From Raillietiella orientalis (lineage: Eukaryota), in the NCBI GenBank assembly GCA_036172245.1, contig JAYWIR010000007.1:4836001-4900000 (forward strand): a DNA stretch of 64,000 nt, read 5' to 3'. Both the position numbers and the translations under genes were made by a program. Of the stretch, positions 11,860 to 23,350 are shown piece after piece. Every line of letters starts with the position of its first letter. The first letter of the stretch is position 1. Below the pieces are notes generated by a model. It had not been told where the DNA came from, searched no databases, and worked only from the letters and a program-made list of their open reading frames with translations.

Positions 11860-13524
11860 TCAAATGAGCGACGCGCGGGACGTGGAATCTCCGCATGGGT
11901 GGGCCCGCAGAAAGGAAAACCGATTGGACCAACCTCGCGCGCACCGATGGAACGATTCCGCACCGCCGCACTGCACTCCTCGACTGATGAAGAACGCATC
12001 TTCGGATGGTCCTTCTGTCAGGGGTTCGAGGACGCCGCCTCTGCCGATATCTCCGCTTCCTCGAGACGGTGTGATTTCCGGGGAATTGACCGCCGCTCTC
12101 CAAATATCGGGGTCGCTGTCCGCATTTTCCTCAAATCCCGCCCCGTAGACCTGAGGAAAACCGGCTAATTGCTTCTCCCGTGCCACATTCCTGCTGCTTG
12201 CGTTCCCGTTTTGCGTTCTGGACGAACCCTCCGGGTTCGTTTGCTGGTTACTTCCCAAGCAGGGCAATGCCACCTCTTCCAACGTTTTCTTGTGCTTGAA
12301 CAGTAGAAGGCAAGCCATGAATCCACGTGATGAGAATCGCTTGTTCGGCGCCTTGCTGCGTCCACCATCTTCCCTCAAAGCACTGCTGGTTCCTGCAGCT
12401 CCTTCCTCTTCCCCCGGGACAATTTCGCTTTTCGCAGCTCCCTCTTCTGCCGTGTTCCTCTGGGCCTGAGCTTTTGGCTTTTCCACGCCATGCTGCTTGC
12501 GTTGCTTCTCACCCTCCTCATCTTGCTTCTTTTTGCGTTTCGCAATCTCTTTTTCTTCCTTCTTTTTTTGCTTCCTCCGCTTAGCATTCAACTTCTTTTG
12601 ATCTCTCCTCGCACATCGGATGGCTCCCCGATTTCGCTTTTGGATTTTCAGGCTCTCCTTCTCTGCCGCCGTCAGTTTTCTTTTGGAGAACCACCTGCTT
12701 CTTCGCGCCTTCGGGGGAGGTTCCTCCAAACACAGCGTGTCCTCGCCTTCGCTGCTCCCTCTTACCTGCATCCCATTCCACTTGCGATGGTCCATCTCCG
12801 AAGTGGACCAATCCCAACTTTTCCACTTTGGACCTTCCTCATCCTGCTCCGTTTTGCGTTTCGGAAACTGTTTTTCTTCCTTCTTTTTTAGCTTCATCAG
12901 CTTAGCATTCAACTTCTTTTGGTCTCTCCTCGCACATCGGATGGCATCCCTATTTCGCTTTTGGATTTTCAGGCTCTCCTTCTCTGCCGCCGTCAGTTTT
13001 CTTTTGGAGAACCACCTGCTTTCTCGCGCCTCCGGGGAAGTTTCCTCCAAACACAGCGTGTCCTCGCCTTCGCTGCTCCCTCTTACCTGCATTCCATTCC
13101 ACTTCCGATCGTCCATCTCCGGAGTGGACCAATGCCACCTTCTGGAGTTGGCATCCATCTTGAAAGGCCAATCCTCTTCCGTTTGCTGAGAAGGAACGGC
13201 AAAAACCGGAGACGGTTTTCCGAACGGTACCGGGCTGTCCTCTGTCCGATTGCAAGCTTGGCTCTCCGGGCAATGGGGTTCCGCCTGCCCCAGCCACAGG
13301 GAGATTGTCCTGGACGAATGCAAGCTGAGCGCAATGCTTTTCAAATAGGACGCACTCGACCTGGGAGTCATGCACAAGTCATGAGTCATGCACAGTCTCA
13401 AGAAGGTCGCATTCATCTTACCGATCCTCAGCTCTGCTTGTCGAACAGCTTTTCCGCTCTCTCGACGCAACCGGGTCCTCGAGTCGACAAATCTTCTGCA
13501 ATGCCCCTGACGCAGGATACACAA
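11860..13524 (-). CDS. Unknown Lys/Arg/Glu-rich protein with a 107-aa tandem duplication; probably extends by frameshift to the stop at 11631
   Basis: 554-aa intronless ORF with two copies of W.WST.EMD.RKWNGMQVRGSSEGEDTLCLEE...SKRKLTAAEKESLKIQKRNR.AIRCARRDQKKLNAK. Start codon uncertain. Confidence 0.5.
   Translation of the reverse strand: MCILRQGHCRRFVDSRTRLRRESGKAVRQAELRIGKMNATFLRLCMTHDLCMTPRSSASYLKSIALSLHSSRTISLWLGQAEPHCPESQACNRTEDSPVPFGKPSPVFAVPSQQTEEDWPFKMDANSRRWHWSTPEMDDRKWNGMQVRGSSEGEDTLCLEETSPEARESRWFSKRKLTAAEKESLKIQKRNRDAIRCARRDQKKLNAKLMKLKKKEEKQFPKRKTEQDEEGPKWKSWDWSTSEMDHRKWNGMQVRGSSEGEDTLCLEEPPPKARRSRWFSKRKLTAAEKESLKIQKRNRGAIRCARRDQKKLNAKRRKQKKKEEKEIAKRKKKQDEEGEKQRKQHGVEKPKAQAQRNTAEEGAAKSEIVPGEEEGAAGTSSALREDGGRSKAPNKRFSSRGFMACLLLFKHKKTLEEVALPCLGSNQQTNPEGSSRTQNGNASSRNVAREKQLAGFPQVYGAGFEENADSDPDIWRAAVNSPEITPSRGSGDIGRGGVLEPLTEGPSEDAFFISRGVQCGGAESFHRCARGWSNRFSFLRAHPCGDSTSRASLI
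12505..13135. repeat. Tandem duplication, period 321 nt, 2 copies
   Basis: ttagcattcaacttctttt occurs at 12581 and 12902; ctctcctcgcacatcggatggc occurs at 12603 and 12924. Confidence 0.95.
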
Positions 13525-16500
13525 GATGCGCAGAAAATGGAGAGGGATAACAATCGCTTCCCGTTTAGATTGGGAAGCGAATCCGAGGCTGTGGATACGC
13601 AGAGAAGCGAATTACTTGCGGATGAGATTCGCTACCTTCTACGATCTTCCCGAGTAACAAGCAACGTCCAAGTAGATGAGCAATGGATTCAGCAGCAGTG
13701 CGATGCTCCGATTGCTCCACGAAACCCACGAGGTCGATCCGAGAATCAACAGACGCTTCAAGAAAAACTTTCCATTGCTAAGCAACAAGAATGGTTGCCA
13801 AACAATCCGTGCTGACGTCACGCAATCCACCGAGCACGCTCTCGTGCAACGCGTTCGGCGGGTGCCCGTTCATCCCGGTGGTGTGCACAGTGGTGCACGC
13901 AAACCTGCCAAACAACCCGACTGCAGCCTTTTGCGGAAACCTCGTTTTCTTTTTCCCGATTCTCGCAAAGAATCGACCCCGCTGGTTGACTTGCTGCTTC
14001 ACGCTTTCGTCTATCGGCGTGTGTACCATCCATCCGTACCATGTGTCCGTTTTCGTGAAGCGTGCGCGTGTCATCTCCCCCCCCCTCCTCCCACCGTCCG
14101 CGTCAGTGCACGCATTCTGCAACGCAGCACATGTGAGTTGCGACGATCGGAAATGGCGCGGTTGGCGTCGAATTTCTTCTTCAGCACGGCAGCAGTTCCC
14201 GGAGACACACGGTCCTTCGGAGGAACGCATCCTCCTCGCCTGCAACAACGGCAAGCAGGCTCGTGAGCACGATGCTGGTGAGTGGTGCGCAGTCCACGGT
14301 GCACCCGTCGGATGTTCGCCAAAAGGATGCGTTTTCGAATTCTTTTTCAGGGTGGCATCTCTTAGGGTAGGTCGGTCTGAGTGAAGCACTCTCCAGTGGG
14401 TTCATCCATCAGTCTCGAGTGGCGCGAGCAGCACAGGAATCGATGCTGTACCTAAACTCACGTGACGATGGCACCTCTTTCGCACCGGTGAAGAAGAGAG
14501 GGCGACGACCGCTACGAGACCACGCTCGAAAGAAGCGGCCATGCACTCTGCTCGCACGGCTGCCCCCGATCGAACCACTGCCAGAGCTAAAGTTGAACTA
14601 CCAAAGAATCGACTCTTTTTGGTACTGCTGTGCAGACGTCGATTCTCTGTTCGTTCCGTGCAAGCTGGTACATGCGGGCGCCTCCTTGCTGGTGCGACCG
14701 ATAGGATGAGTGTGCTCATCCAGAGAGGAGGACAGCTGAGAACTGTTCCTACAGGGAACACTCCACTTGGTTACATCTTTCGTTCAGGTCGCCGCTCCGT
14801 ACCATGTCGATCGCGTGTCAATGGAGCAAGCGCAACGGTTTTCCGTCTCGCAGTATTCGGTGTTCTTAGGATACTTCAAAATGGATGCAGAAAAAGAAAA
14901 AGCCAAAAGTCTGAACTTGACGAGGACGAAACCGTAGTTCATCTGTTGCGGAGAGAACCAAAAGTGCAGTGAAAGAACGCGTGTCGTCCGTGGGCTGAAG
15001 GAGACACCGGCATGCGGTAAAACACAGTCCAGCCCCAGGACCTGAAACACGTCGCTCGCTAGGTCAGGCAGTAGGGTGGATGGTGGTTGGCATTCCACGT
15101 GACGTATGCTGCCTACGCGGGATCGTGGCGGCATGGAGCGACGCTGTTGCTGTGATTTTCACAAATCCTCCTTAGGAAATTGCTTCATTACGGAACGGCA
15201 GCATCTCGGGAAAAGGCACCAAAGCACCAACAACGGCAGCAATCCGCGAAAGCACCTCTGAGAGCCACTCGCATTCGGAAATCTTCCTTCTTGAATGTTG
15301 AACGCGCCAACTCGAGGATTTGCATTCAGCGTCTATCCGGCGGTTGCGTCGGTGACGTTCCCTCAAAGCACTTCTCTGTGCTGACGACAGCAGTAGTAGT
15401 GGCAGACGTATTCCATCAACCTGATTCTGCGGGGCCTGTGGCTGCAGTGTTCCACACTCGAACGTTTTCTTGTAGTTTCCAGGGAAGCGAGAACAGCATC
15501 CGGAAGAGGAAGAAGAGTCAATTTCGTCGGGAAATCGTAGCGATTCTTGCTGCGCACCGCCATCGGAATCTCCACACCACCTGTGAAAGTCTTTAACCGC
15601 AATCGTGCTCACAGACGTGTAGGGCTCTCAAGCAAAAAAGTGTTGGCAGCAACCCAAGACAGGATCACAGTGCTAGTCCCATAATGAGAGATGATATCGA
15701 TAGCAGCGTCGACCCAACGTAGTCGCGCGATGTTCACCTTGAAGTTGGCTGTCCGGCGTTTTCGAAGCCATCAGCCTTACGGGTGTAACGAGGAGCCTGA
15801 CCTCTCCCCTCGATCTCTGCGCGTTGCCCTCCATCGTTGCCTCCTTCTCTTCCCCGCACGATATGCAAATGTCGGGCACCGAGGGCCTTTGCCGACCGAG
15901 GCGTCTGCCGTCCTTCCTTTGATCGTCCCAGGCAGTCACAGTTGGCTGTGGGCAACTTCCCGGGAGGACAAGATGGTCGCCGCCTTTGCGAGCATGGCTG
16001 GTGGCAGTCGCGCGAGCTGCTCCGCGTGGACGTGTGTGCGTGGCTGCGCTGTTGCGCAACGGCGCAGGCGCGGTGGGCAGCGTTCTTGACGAACACGCTC
16101 TGCCGGTCACGGGTGCGTGCCCTGCGGGGACACAGTCCGCGCGTTCGCCTGCCGGGTGTGCGAGGTGCGTGAGCATGCTGTACGCGTAAAGCGTACGCCA
16201 AGAGGCGGATCGGTGCTCCTGTTCGCCTTCCGGAGGGCGACGGTCGCCGTCAAGCTGGCGCGCCATGGCACGCGCGAGTACGGCCCTGCCAGCGAAAGCA
16301 CACGTCCGCGAAGCGCCCAGTTCGCCACAACCCGCACGCCTGCCTTCGGACCGGACGGTTGCCTTCGCAACTCGCTCGGGTCGCGGGTTCCGACGTCTTT
16401 TTGTGGCTCCCGCGGGCGGCTTCTCTTTTGGCTGCCTCGAACGGACGTGTTTTCCCTTCGGTGCGCACCGGTGCGTTCAGGTGAATTTTGTGTGCTGTTT

Positions 16501-16808
16501 GCGGTCGTTTCAAGGCAGAAATACCGGATGACGCGGCCTCGTTGGCTCAGGAAGACGAGGAAATCTAGGTTTGGAAACAGTTTTGGAAACAGCAAGCAAG
16601 GAAAACAAAGTACAAGCGAGTTCTTCGAGTTGGTGGCGGGAGTTCAGTGCAAAACAATTCTGGGGGTCGGGGTGAGGGAACCGATCCTTTGAGCCACTGA
16701 GCCTTCAGCGAGGACAGGAGCGAAGCAACTACCCAACTACAACAACAACAAAGTACTGCCGCGGCAATTTTTGTGTGCCCCGAGAGGGCAAGTTATAAGT
16801 AAACAGCA

Positions 16809-18571
16809 GTGCGAGTGATAGTGCAGCCGAGGACCATCTGCAACACCTGCAGCAGCAGCGCGGAGGAGTCCACGGTGGAAGCCCTGCCAACTTCCCCAGC
16901 GGCAGTACCAGCCGCGAGGATGCAGGCAGCAGGAGCGACGGAGAGGCCGACGTCCCCCATGGCAATGGAGGTAACGTACGGCGATGGCGAGGCAGAGGCA
17001 ACGCCAAGGATCGCGCTGGCGGCGGCAGTTGTCGCGCTGGCGGTGGTCATGCCAAGGGTCGCGCCCGCGGCGGCGGCGGCGCCATCCCTGGTGGTATCCG
17101 CAGGCGTCCGCGTGGCGAACGGCGTGCAGGGCGCGACGCCATCTTGCTCGGCTGCCGCGGTGCAGCCGTTTTCGTACGCGGTGGTGGCGGAGGGCCAGGC
17201 TAGTGCCCAGCAGCAGAGAAAATTCGGCAAGCCGGAGTGTGGGAAACTGGCTAGAGTGGACGAGCCGATCGTTCGGGTGGGTCGGAACGTGAAGTCCATC
17301 ACCTTCAAGACCGGCTTAATCCGGTTCAACAACATTAGAGAAGTCTACTTGTCTCTCTACAAGACAAATAGAGACTTTGACAGAATTCAGGCGATAATCC
17401 CAAGTACGTCGGGGTTCACCATCTATTCGGATAGTGAACCCCTGCGAGAGGCCCTAATTGAAACGGACATCAATATATAGGTAAGGATGGTCCGGGGTAT
17501 CGGCGAAATGCCGTACACGACCGTCCTGCTGAGGGGCGTGGGACTCACCACCACGCAACTCAATGTGTGTGACTCCTTGTCCAAATTTGGGGAGGTTCTG
17601 GAGCTGACATTCCAGAACGTAGCTGGCAATATCTTTTCTGGCGAGGTCATCGCCAAACTAAAGATGGCAGAGGGCGCACAGATCCCGGGGATCGTGCACA
17701 TCGACGGTGACTCACAGGAGGTCTCCGTCAACTATAGACAACAACCTGTGTTCTACACAGGTTGCAAAAATTTTGGGCATCGTTTGGGCGCCTGCCCAGG
17801 TCTCGCTGCATCCGCTGTGGGAAGCAGCGACACCAGGTGCGCAGTTGCGACATGCCCGAGGTGTGCTCGTTTTGCAAGCAGCCAGGGCATGCGAAGTGGT
17901 GCTGTCCGGAGTATGCCAACTACCGGACTATGCGTGGCCAGTTCCCCGTGCGGGACAAGGCGTTGACCGAGGTGGTGAAACCTCAGAAGGCAATAAAGCT
18001 GAGCAAGGCGAAGGAGGCCGCTCCGGTTTCGGCGGACGGTTTCGTAGCAGTGAGAGAGAAGGGGAAGAGGAAGATGCTCGTAGAGGAGCAGGAAACTCCA
18101 CTTACCCCGGAAGTAGCGGCAGAGGAAGGCGAGAGGATGGAGGCTGCGGAGGAAGGCGAGGTGGCGAAGGTGCCAGAACACACCCCGGTGTCGCAGGATA
18201 CCCTGCAGACCACCGAAGTGGTGGAGAGACTGGCTGAAGAAGTGGAAGAGGCGCAAAGCGGAGCTCAGCAGGAGCAAATGCTGCAGAAAATCTGCAATGC
18301 GCAAGAAACCGTCAACCAGGTGGTAGAGGCTGCAGAGCGCGAGAAGCTGGAGGAAAAGCTTCTCGACGTAAAGGCAAACTTCTGCACCAAGGTTGCGTTG
18401 GAGGTATTACCTCGTGAGCTCGTCGCACGAGCCGAGCACTCCACCGGAGAAGCCGATCAGACCGACTTCACCGGGACGGAGAGCGACGCTGGCAACGAGA
18501 AGCCCGCTCCTTCTTCTGCGAAAGCACCACGCTCTCCCAGATAGAAGAAGCTCAGAGAGGCCAAGAAATAG
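16809..18571 (+). pseudogene. LINE ORF1 (gag-like, 3 zinc knuckles), disrupted
   Basis: Ala-rich N-part; RRM-like region (TTVLLRGV...LSKFGEVLELT...IPGIVHIDG...YRQQP); knuckles YTGCKNFGHRLGAC (first Cys lost), CIRCGKQRHQVRSC and CSFCKQPGHAKWCC; DGFVAVREKGKRK. TAG stops at 17478 and 18542 plus a frameshift near 17790. Confidence 0.85.
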
Positions 18572-18583
18572 GTCTTCCCCTTT

Positions 18584-21500
18584 ATGGCCTCGTCTCTATC
18601 GACCGCCAGGAGGAACAACATCGCCTCCTGGAATGTAAATGGATTGATCGACCAGGAGAAAAGAAAAAGGATTGTGCAGACCATCGCACTTCAAGACATC
18701 GTGTGCCTGCAGGAGACCCACAGGCTGGATCTCCAGATCAGCCAACAAATGGAACGATGCCTCGATGGGCAGCTGGTCGTCAGCGAGGGACGGCGGAACA
18801 CGGAAGGTGTGGCGGTATTGATCAAGAACCACCTGGACCCCACCATTCTGGAAGTCTTCTGTCCCTCGCCGGGTCGCGTGGTCCGCTACCGTTCACCTCT
18901 TCCTGGTGAGCGTGTACGGGCCACACAGATTAAAACATCGGTGTGCGGAGGCGCTGCATGCAGCACTCCGAGCAATGGTCGCGCCCAAGGACGTCGTGAT
19001 CGTCGCTCGCGATCTCAACATCCTGGATGAATTCACCCATTCCCAGGACGCCAGAGGAAGGACGTCGTGTCGGCGGTTGTCCGACGAGTTCGTGCTGCTG
19101 TGGCGAAGAGCTAGCCACAAGCTGATCGACCACGTCCTTCACAGCACCGAACTAGGGAACCGCATTTAAGATTTTCGCGACACGCTCACCACGTTGTCGG
19201 ATCACCCGTTGGTGCGGTTTTCCCTAAGGACGGAAAATCCCCGGCGGAGGCAAGGCACCAGGGCGGAGCTCATCAGCATGCCCGCCTGGTTCGAGATCCA
19301 TCCCTGTCATCAGGAGGTTTTGGAGGCTATTCTGAAGACCACTACCATCCGAAGAGTCGCCGACTGGGACAGCCTGAAGCACAGGATCCATTTATTTGCA
19401 AATATGAAATTGGGCGACAAGAGACTGAGGCAGGAGGCGTACCGGGAGCTGAACAACCAAGATCGTTCCCTTTCAAAGTACTCCAATCAGTAGGAGAGTT
19501 GGTACGTCTTCCATAGTGAAAAAGGGGAAGTCGGCGTGCTGGAGAAAAAGAATCTGTCCATAGATATCTTCCATATCCAGTACGGCGATCACAGCCGACA
19601 CACGTCGGAGGACATCGTGGATGCCTTCGAAAGGCATTACAGGACACTTCCGGCAACAACGTCTGTGTCAGGCGATACAGAAGACCTTCCTGAGCCATCT
19701 TGAAAAGAAGATTGACGACCTCCAACGGAAGTGATTGGAGGAGGATTTCTCCGAGGAAGAGGTGGAGAATGCGTTTCAGAAATTACGCAAGGATGTGGCG
19801 GCAGGCTCTGACAGTGTTCCCATCAGTCACTATCAGCGGTACCTGCACGCCTACCTGCGTTTATTCCACCAGCTGACCCTCTGCATCCAACAAGAAGGAC
19901 GACTGCCGGAGTCCTTCTACGAGAGCAGGACGAGATTGTTGCCGAAAGGAGGCGACCTATCCAGGATAGCCCAATGGAGGCCAATCTCAATCCTTAACTC
20001 AGATGCCAAGTAGTTGGCAAAAATCTGGGCCAACCGCTTAGGCAAGGTTATGTCGAGGCTGATCTCTCCCGTCCAGACATGTGCGATACCCGGACGCCAC
20101 ATGTCGGACAATGTCAAGTGCGCGCAGGCCACCGTGGGACTTAGCCGATACGTCGGCGAGAACCTGGTGCTGGCGTTCACCGACATGGAGAAAGCCTTCG
20201 ACACCATCGATCGCGGGAGGCTGCTGAAGATTCTGGAAAAGTTAGGACTTCCGGAATACTTCAGCAACTTCGTAGAAATGATCCTCCGGAATCAACGTTT
20301 CCGGATCAAGATCAACGGAGTAGAAACAGCAGCCATTCGGATGGCACGGGAGTTCGGAAGGGCGACTCGCTAAGTCAGATGCTGTTCGTTATCTACATGG
20401 AGGCCCTGTCTTCTTTCATCGAGAAGAGCGAGCGACTACGGGGTATGGAAATCCACGGCCAGAAGCTCACCCACCTCGCTTACGCAGACGATCTCCTCTT
20501 CTTCATTAAGGGAGAGAGGGATCAGCAAGCGTTCCTGGATGTGATGACGCTAACGGAAGAAGGACTAGGCCTGAAGGTTAACGCCCAGAAGAGCCAGTTT
20601 TTGCCCGTCGGAATCCTGGATCTCTCCGCTCTCACGGGGAGAGGATTCCGAACGGTGGACGCGGCCAAGTACCTGGGAGTCTACATCGGCGACGACTCTG
20701 CGTCGAAGCTACTGTGGACGGAAATCCTGGGGAAAACGGCAAAAGAAGCAGCGAAGTACACCCGACTGGACTTTGGCATGAAGCGAAAGGCCAACCTCTG
20801 GAATGGAGTACTCCTTCCAAAGGCGCTCTTCGGAGCGGCCTTCGCCAGGATGAACAAAGAGAACTCCAGGGAAGTAGAAAAGCTGCAGAGGAAGACACTG
20901 TGGGGGCATTATCGCCTAAGAGTAAGGTTAAAACCCCTGTGTCGCCCCAGGGAATGATGGCGGTTCTGGGATGAAGTCGCTTGCACATTCCATGGAAATC
21001 ATGGATTCACGACACATCCTAGATATCGCTACTCACTGGGATGACTGGCCGTACGCGGCGCATAGGGCCTACGCGTTGTTGTTGAACAACTCGAAAAGCC
21101 TAATGACTGCGCTGCTAGGCCGAGCAGGGGAATGGATCAACATCGACCCCACCTGGAGGAGAAAGCAACGGCTGGTGCGCAAGCACAAGATCAAGATTGT
21201 GCCGAGAAGCAGGGAACTCTGGCAGGAGGAATTCATCCTGGTGATCCCGTGGATGCTTCCGGTCCCTCCGAACACGAGAAGCTGGATCTACCAGCGGCCC
21301 AGAGTTACCCTGCAAAGAATCCAGGAATGGCGACGAGGAGGATACCTACATCGCACTCGTATACTTCGGTATATAGAGATGATGCTAGGTAGGTTCACCC
21401 ATAAGACCCGCGAAGTGTGGATAAACCACAACGACTTCGCGTGGTCTAGGTTAACCAAGATGAACCTCCGGAAGATGATCAAGGACCAGTATCAAGACAC

Positions 21501-22059
21501 CAGTGCCCTCCAAGAAGCCGCCGATCGCTACGGGAGTGACAGGATCAACCTGTTAGCGATCGGCTCGACGCTCTGGAGGAGTGACCTTCCGCCGGACACC
21601 CAGGACAACCTCCTGATGTTCTATCACGGAGGATTCCAGAGCGGGTCCAGGCTAAAGCACGACACTAGAAGACGGGAAGACGAAGACTGCACGGCATGTG
21701 GTGACATTGACACAAGATTACATATTTTGACGTGTGCCACATTGCTATACGACTGGCTGATCCTGAAAAGGATCATAGCACTCAACAACAAGTCCGTAAT
21801 GGAAATCCTCGCTGGGATGTTCCAGGGAGATGGTATTGTTCCCTGTTACGATCCCATGGTGAGGATGACCGTTGCTCTCTTCATCACCGCCATACTTGTG
21901 CGGTGGTAGAAGATGAGGAAAGCCAGAAGAGCCGCACCCCCGAAGGAGATCCTGCAAAGACTCATCAAGAAGGAAATCGGCATCAGGAACTGTGGACGGC
22001 TCCGTGCCTGGACGTACCGATTCATCCTAAAGAGGATTGAAGACGACGCCCGGGACTAA
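18584..22059 (+). pseudogene. LINE ORF2 (AP endonuclease, reverse transcriptase, zinc finger), disrupted
   Basis: IASWNVNGL, DIVCLQETH, IDHV, SDH (APE); LLPKGGDL...WRPISILNSDAK*LAK, DMEKAFD, AYADD at ~20478-20492, KYLGV (RT); CTACGDIDTRLHILTC. Multiple stops and frameshifts. Confidence 0.92.
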
Positions 22060-22349
22060 ACATCTGGAAACCCACCCTGAAAGCGGAACTTGTGATACCC
22101 CCAAGGACTTCAAAGTGATAAAGTGTTGGTATGTTGTATGAATGTGATTGTAGAATGAATGAGATTTAAAAGAAAATAAATTTACCCTACCCCTTGTGGG
22201 ACTCGAGGAGCCCAGGAAATCTCGTCTCCACAACGTATGGAAGTGAGGGCAAGCGCCTCGAAGGACTAGTCCCCCGCCCCGGCAAGGATTCGGGGTGTTT
22301 TGGTGGCTGCGCCTCCTCTAGCCTTTGCAACTGAGCAACGGGCGTATGA

Positions 22350-23350
22350 GGCCGACAGGTGCATCCCGTCCCTACTGTACTACGTAGCGGCCTATATTCC
22401 ACCGCGACAGTTCGCTTCTTCTCCCAGGGGTTTAAAAAGCTAAACATCCCTGAGGATGAGGTAGTCGTCCTGTCTGTGGGTAGCGGGGTGCAGCTTGTGG
22501 AGTTGAACTGCAAAATCGCCCGGACTCGATGGATTTCAGGGTACTCGCCTCAGGGAGTGTGACGGTCCGCAAGGACAGTTGGTTACCCCACAGACTATAG
22601 ATTGGCAAGGAAGATGTCGATCTGTGGAATGTGGGGAGACCCAAATATTGCGTATACTGCGAGAGCACATGTCACCTCAAGAAGAGGTGTTTCCAACATC
22701 GTGCGCCTCTTGTGCGGAAACAAAGTGCACATCACGCGGGCGTGTTCTACACGAACAGCGTCCACTCCTGATGGCAACGGGAGAATGCAGTCGCCACAGG
22801 AGCTGAACAAGAAAGCAGAAACCCCACGCCAACCAACCTAATGGATCGGCAAACAGACGCCCGCACTGGCGAAGCCGCCGGAGAGCGAAAGTGTCTCTGG
22901 GGACGGTTGGCAGTTGGTGACGAAGAAGAAAGGGAGAGGGAAAACCAGTAAGAGCAACGCTGAAGCGGAAAAATTGGTTCGTAAACCAAAGACCCAAATC
23001 CGCTATTGCAGCGTTCAATCGAAAGCGTTCCTGTGAAGGGAACACTCGTCAAGTCAATGGATACCGCGTTTTCGGCTCCCTTCGCGCCAGCGGAAACCGC
23101 AATCCGTGACGAGGCAGCGACGATGAAACCTCCCGGGAAGCCGAGGAAGATTTATCAGCCATGTTCAGGCAGCCCGCCGAGGCCGAGAAAAAGACCTTGG
23201 GGCGTCCGTCAACAGCGAAAGCACCGGAAACTTCCTTTTCCAACGCGGACACCGAGAACTCGCCTTCAGGTGCTCTGCCGAAGAGGAAAGTCGGCCTTAG
23301 ACGGGTGTTCGATGCGATTTTCTCTAGTCCGACTTGCGATGGGGCGAATT
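22350..23350 (+). mobile_element. Second, more decayed LINE ORF1 (gag-knuckle) fragment
   Basis: CVYCESTCHLKKRC (CX2CX4HX4C, ~22648-22690), then a frameshifted RLLCGNKVHITRAC, then GDGWQLVTKKKGRGK near 22900. No ORF2 follows. Confidence 0.7.

Larger units (their letters stand above)
16530..22185 (+). mobile_element. Near full-length, disabled non-LTR retrotransposon of the L1/Tx1 clade
   Basis: ORF1 with CCHC knuckles, then ORF2 with APE, RT and a C-terminal zinc motif. AATAAA at 22175-22180. 5' boundary approximate; no poly(A) tail or TSD seen. Confidence 0.9.

Noticed and set aside
12490..13815. Long plus-strand ORFs rich in Leu/Phe/Ser
   Set aside because: Antisense shadows of the Lys/Glu-rich minus-strand ORF.
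14440..14660. Polinton/adintovirus penton-like reading of LYLNSRDD...FWYCCAD
   Set aside because: Only a loose resemblance from memory, with no linked major capsid, ATPase or polB recognised.
16729..22200. Many overlapping ORFs on both strands in the LINE region
   Set aside because: Expected from high GC content; the coding signal is explained by LINE ORF1 and ORF2.
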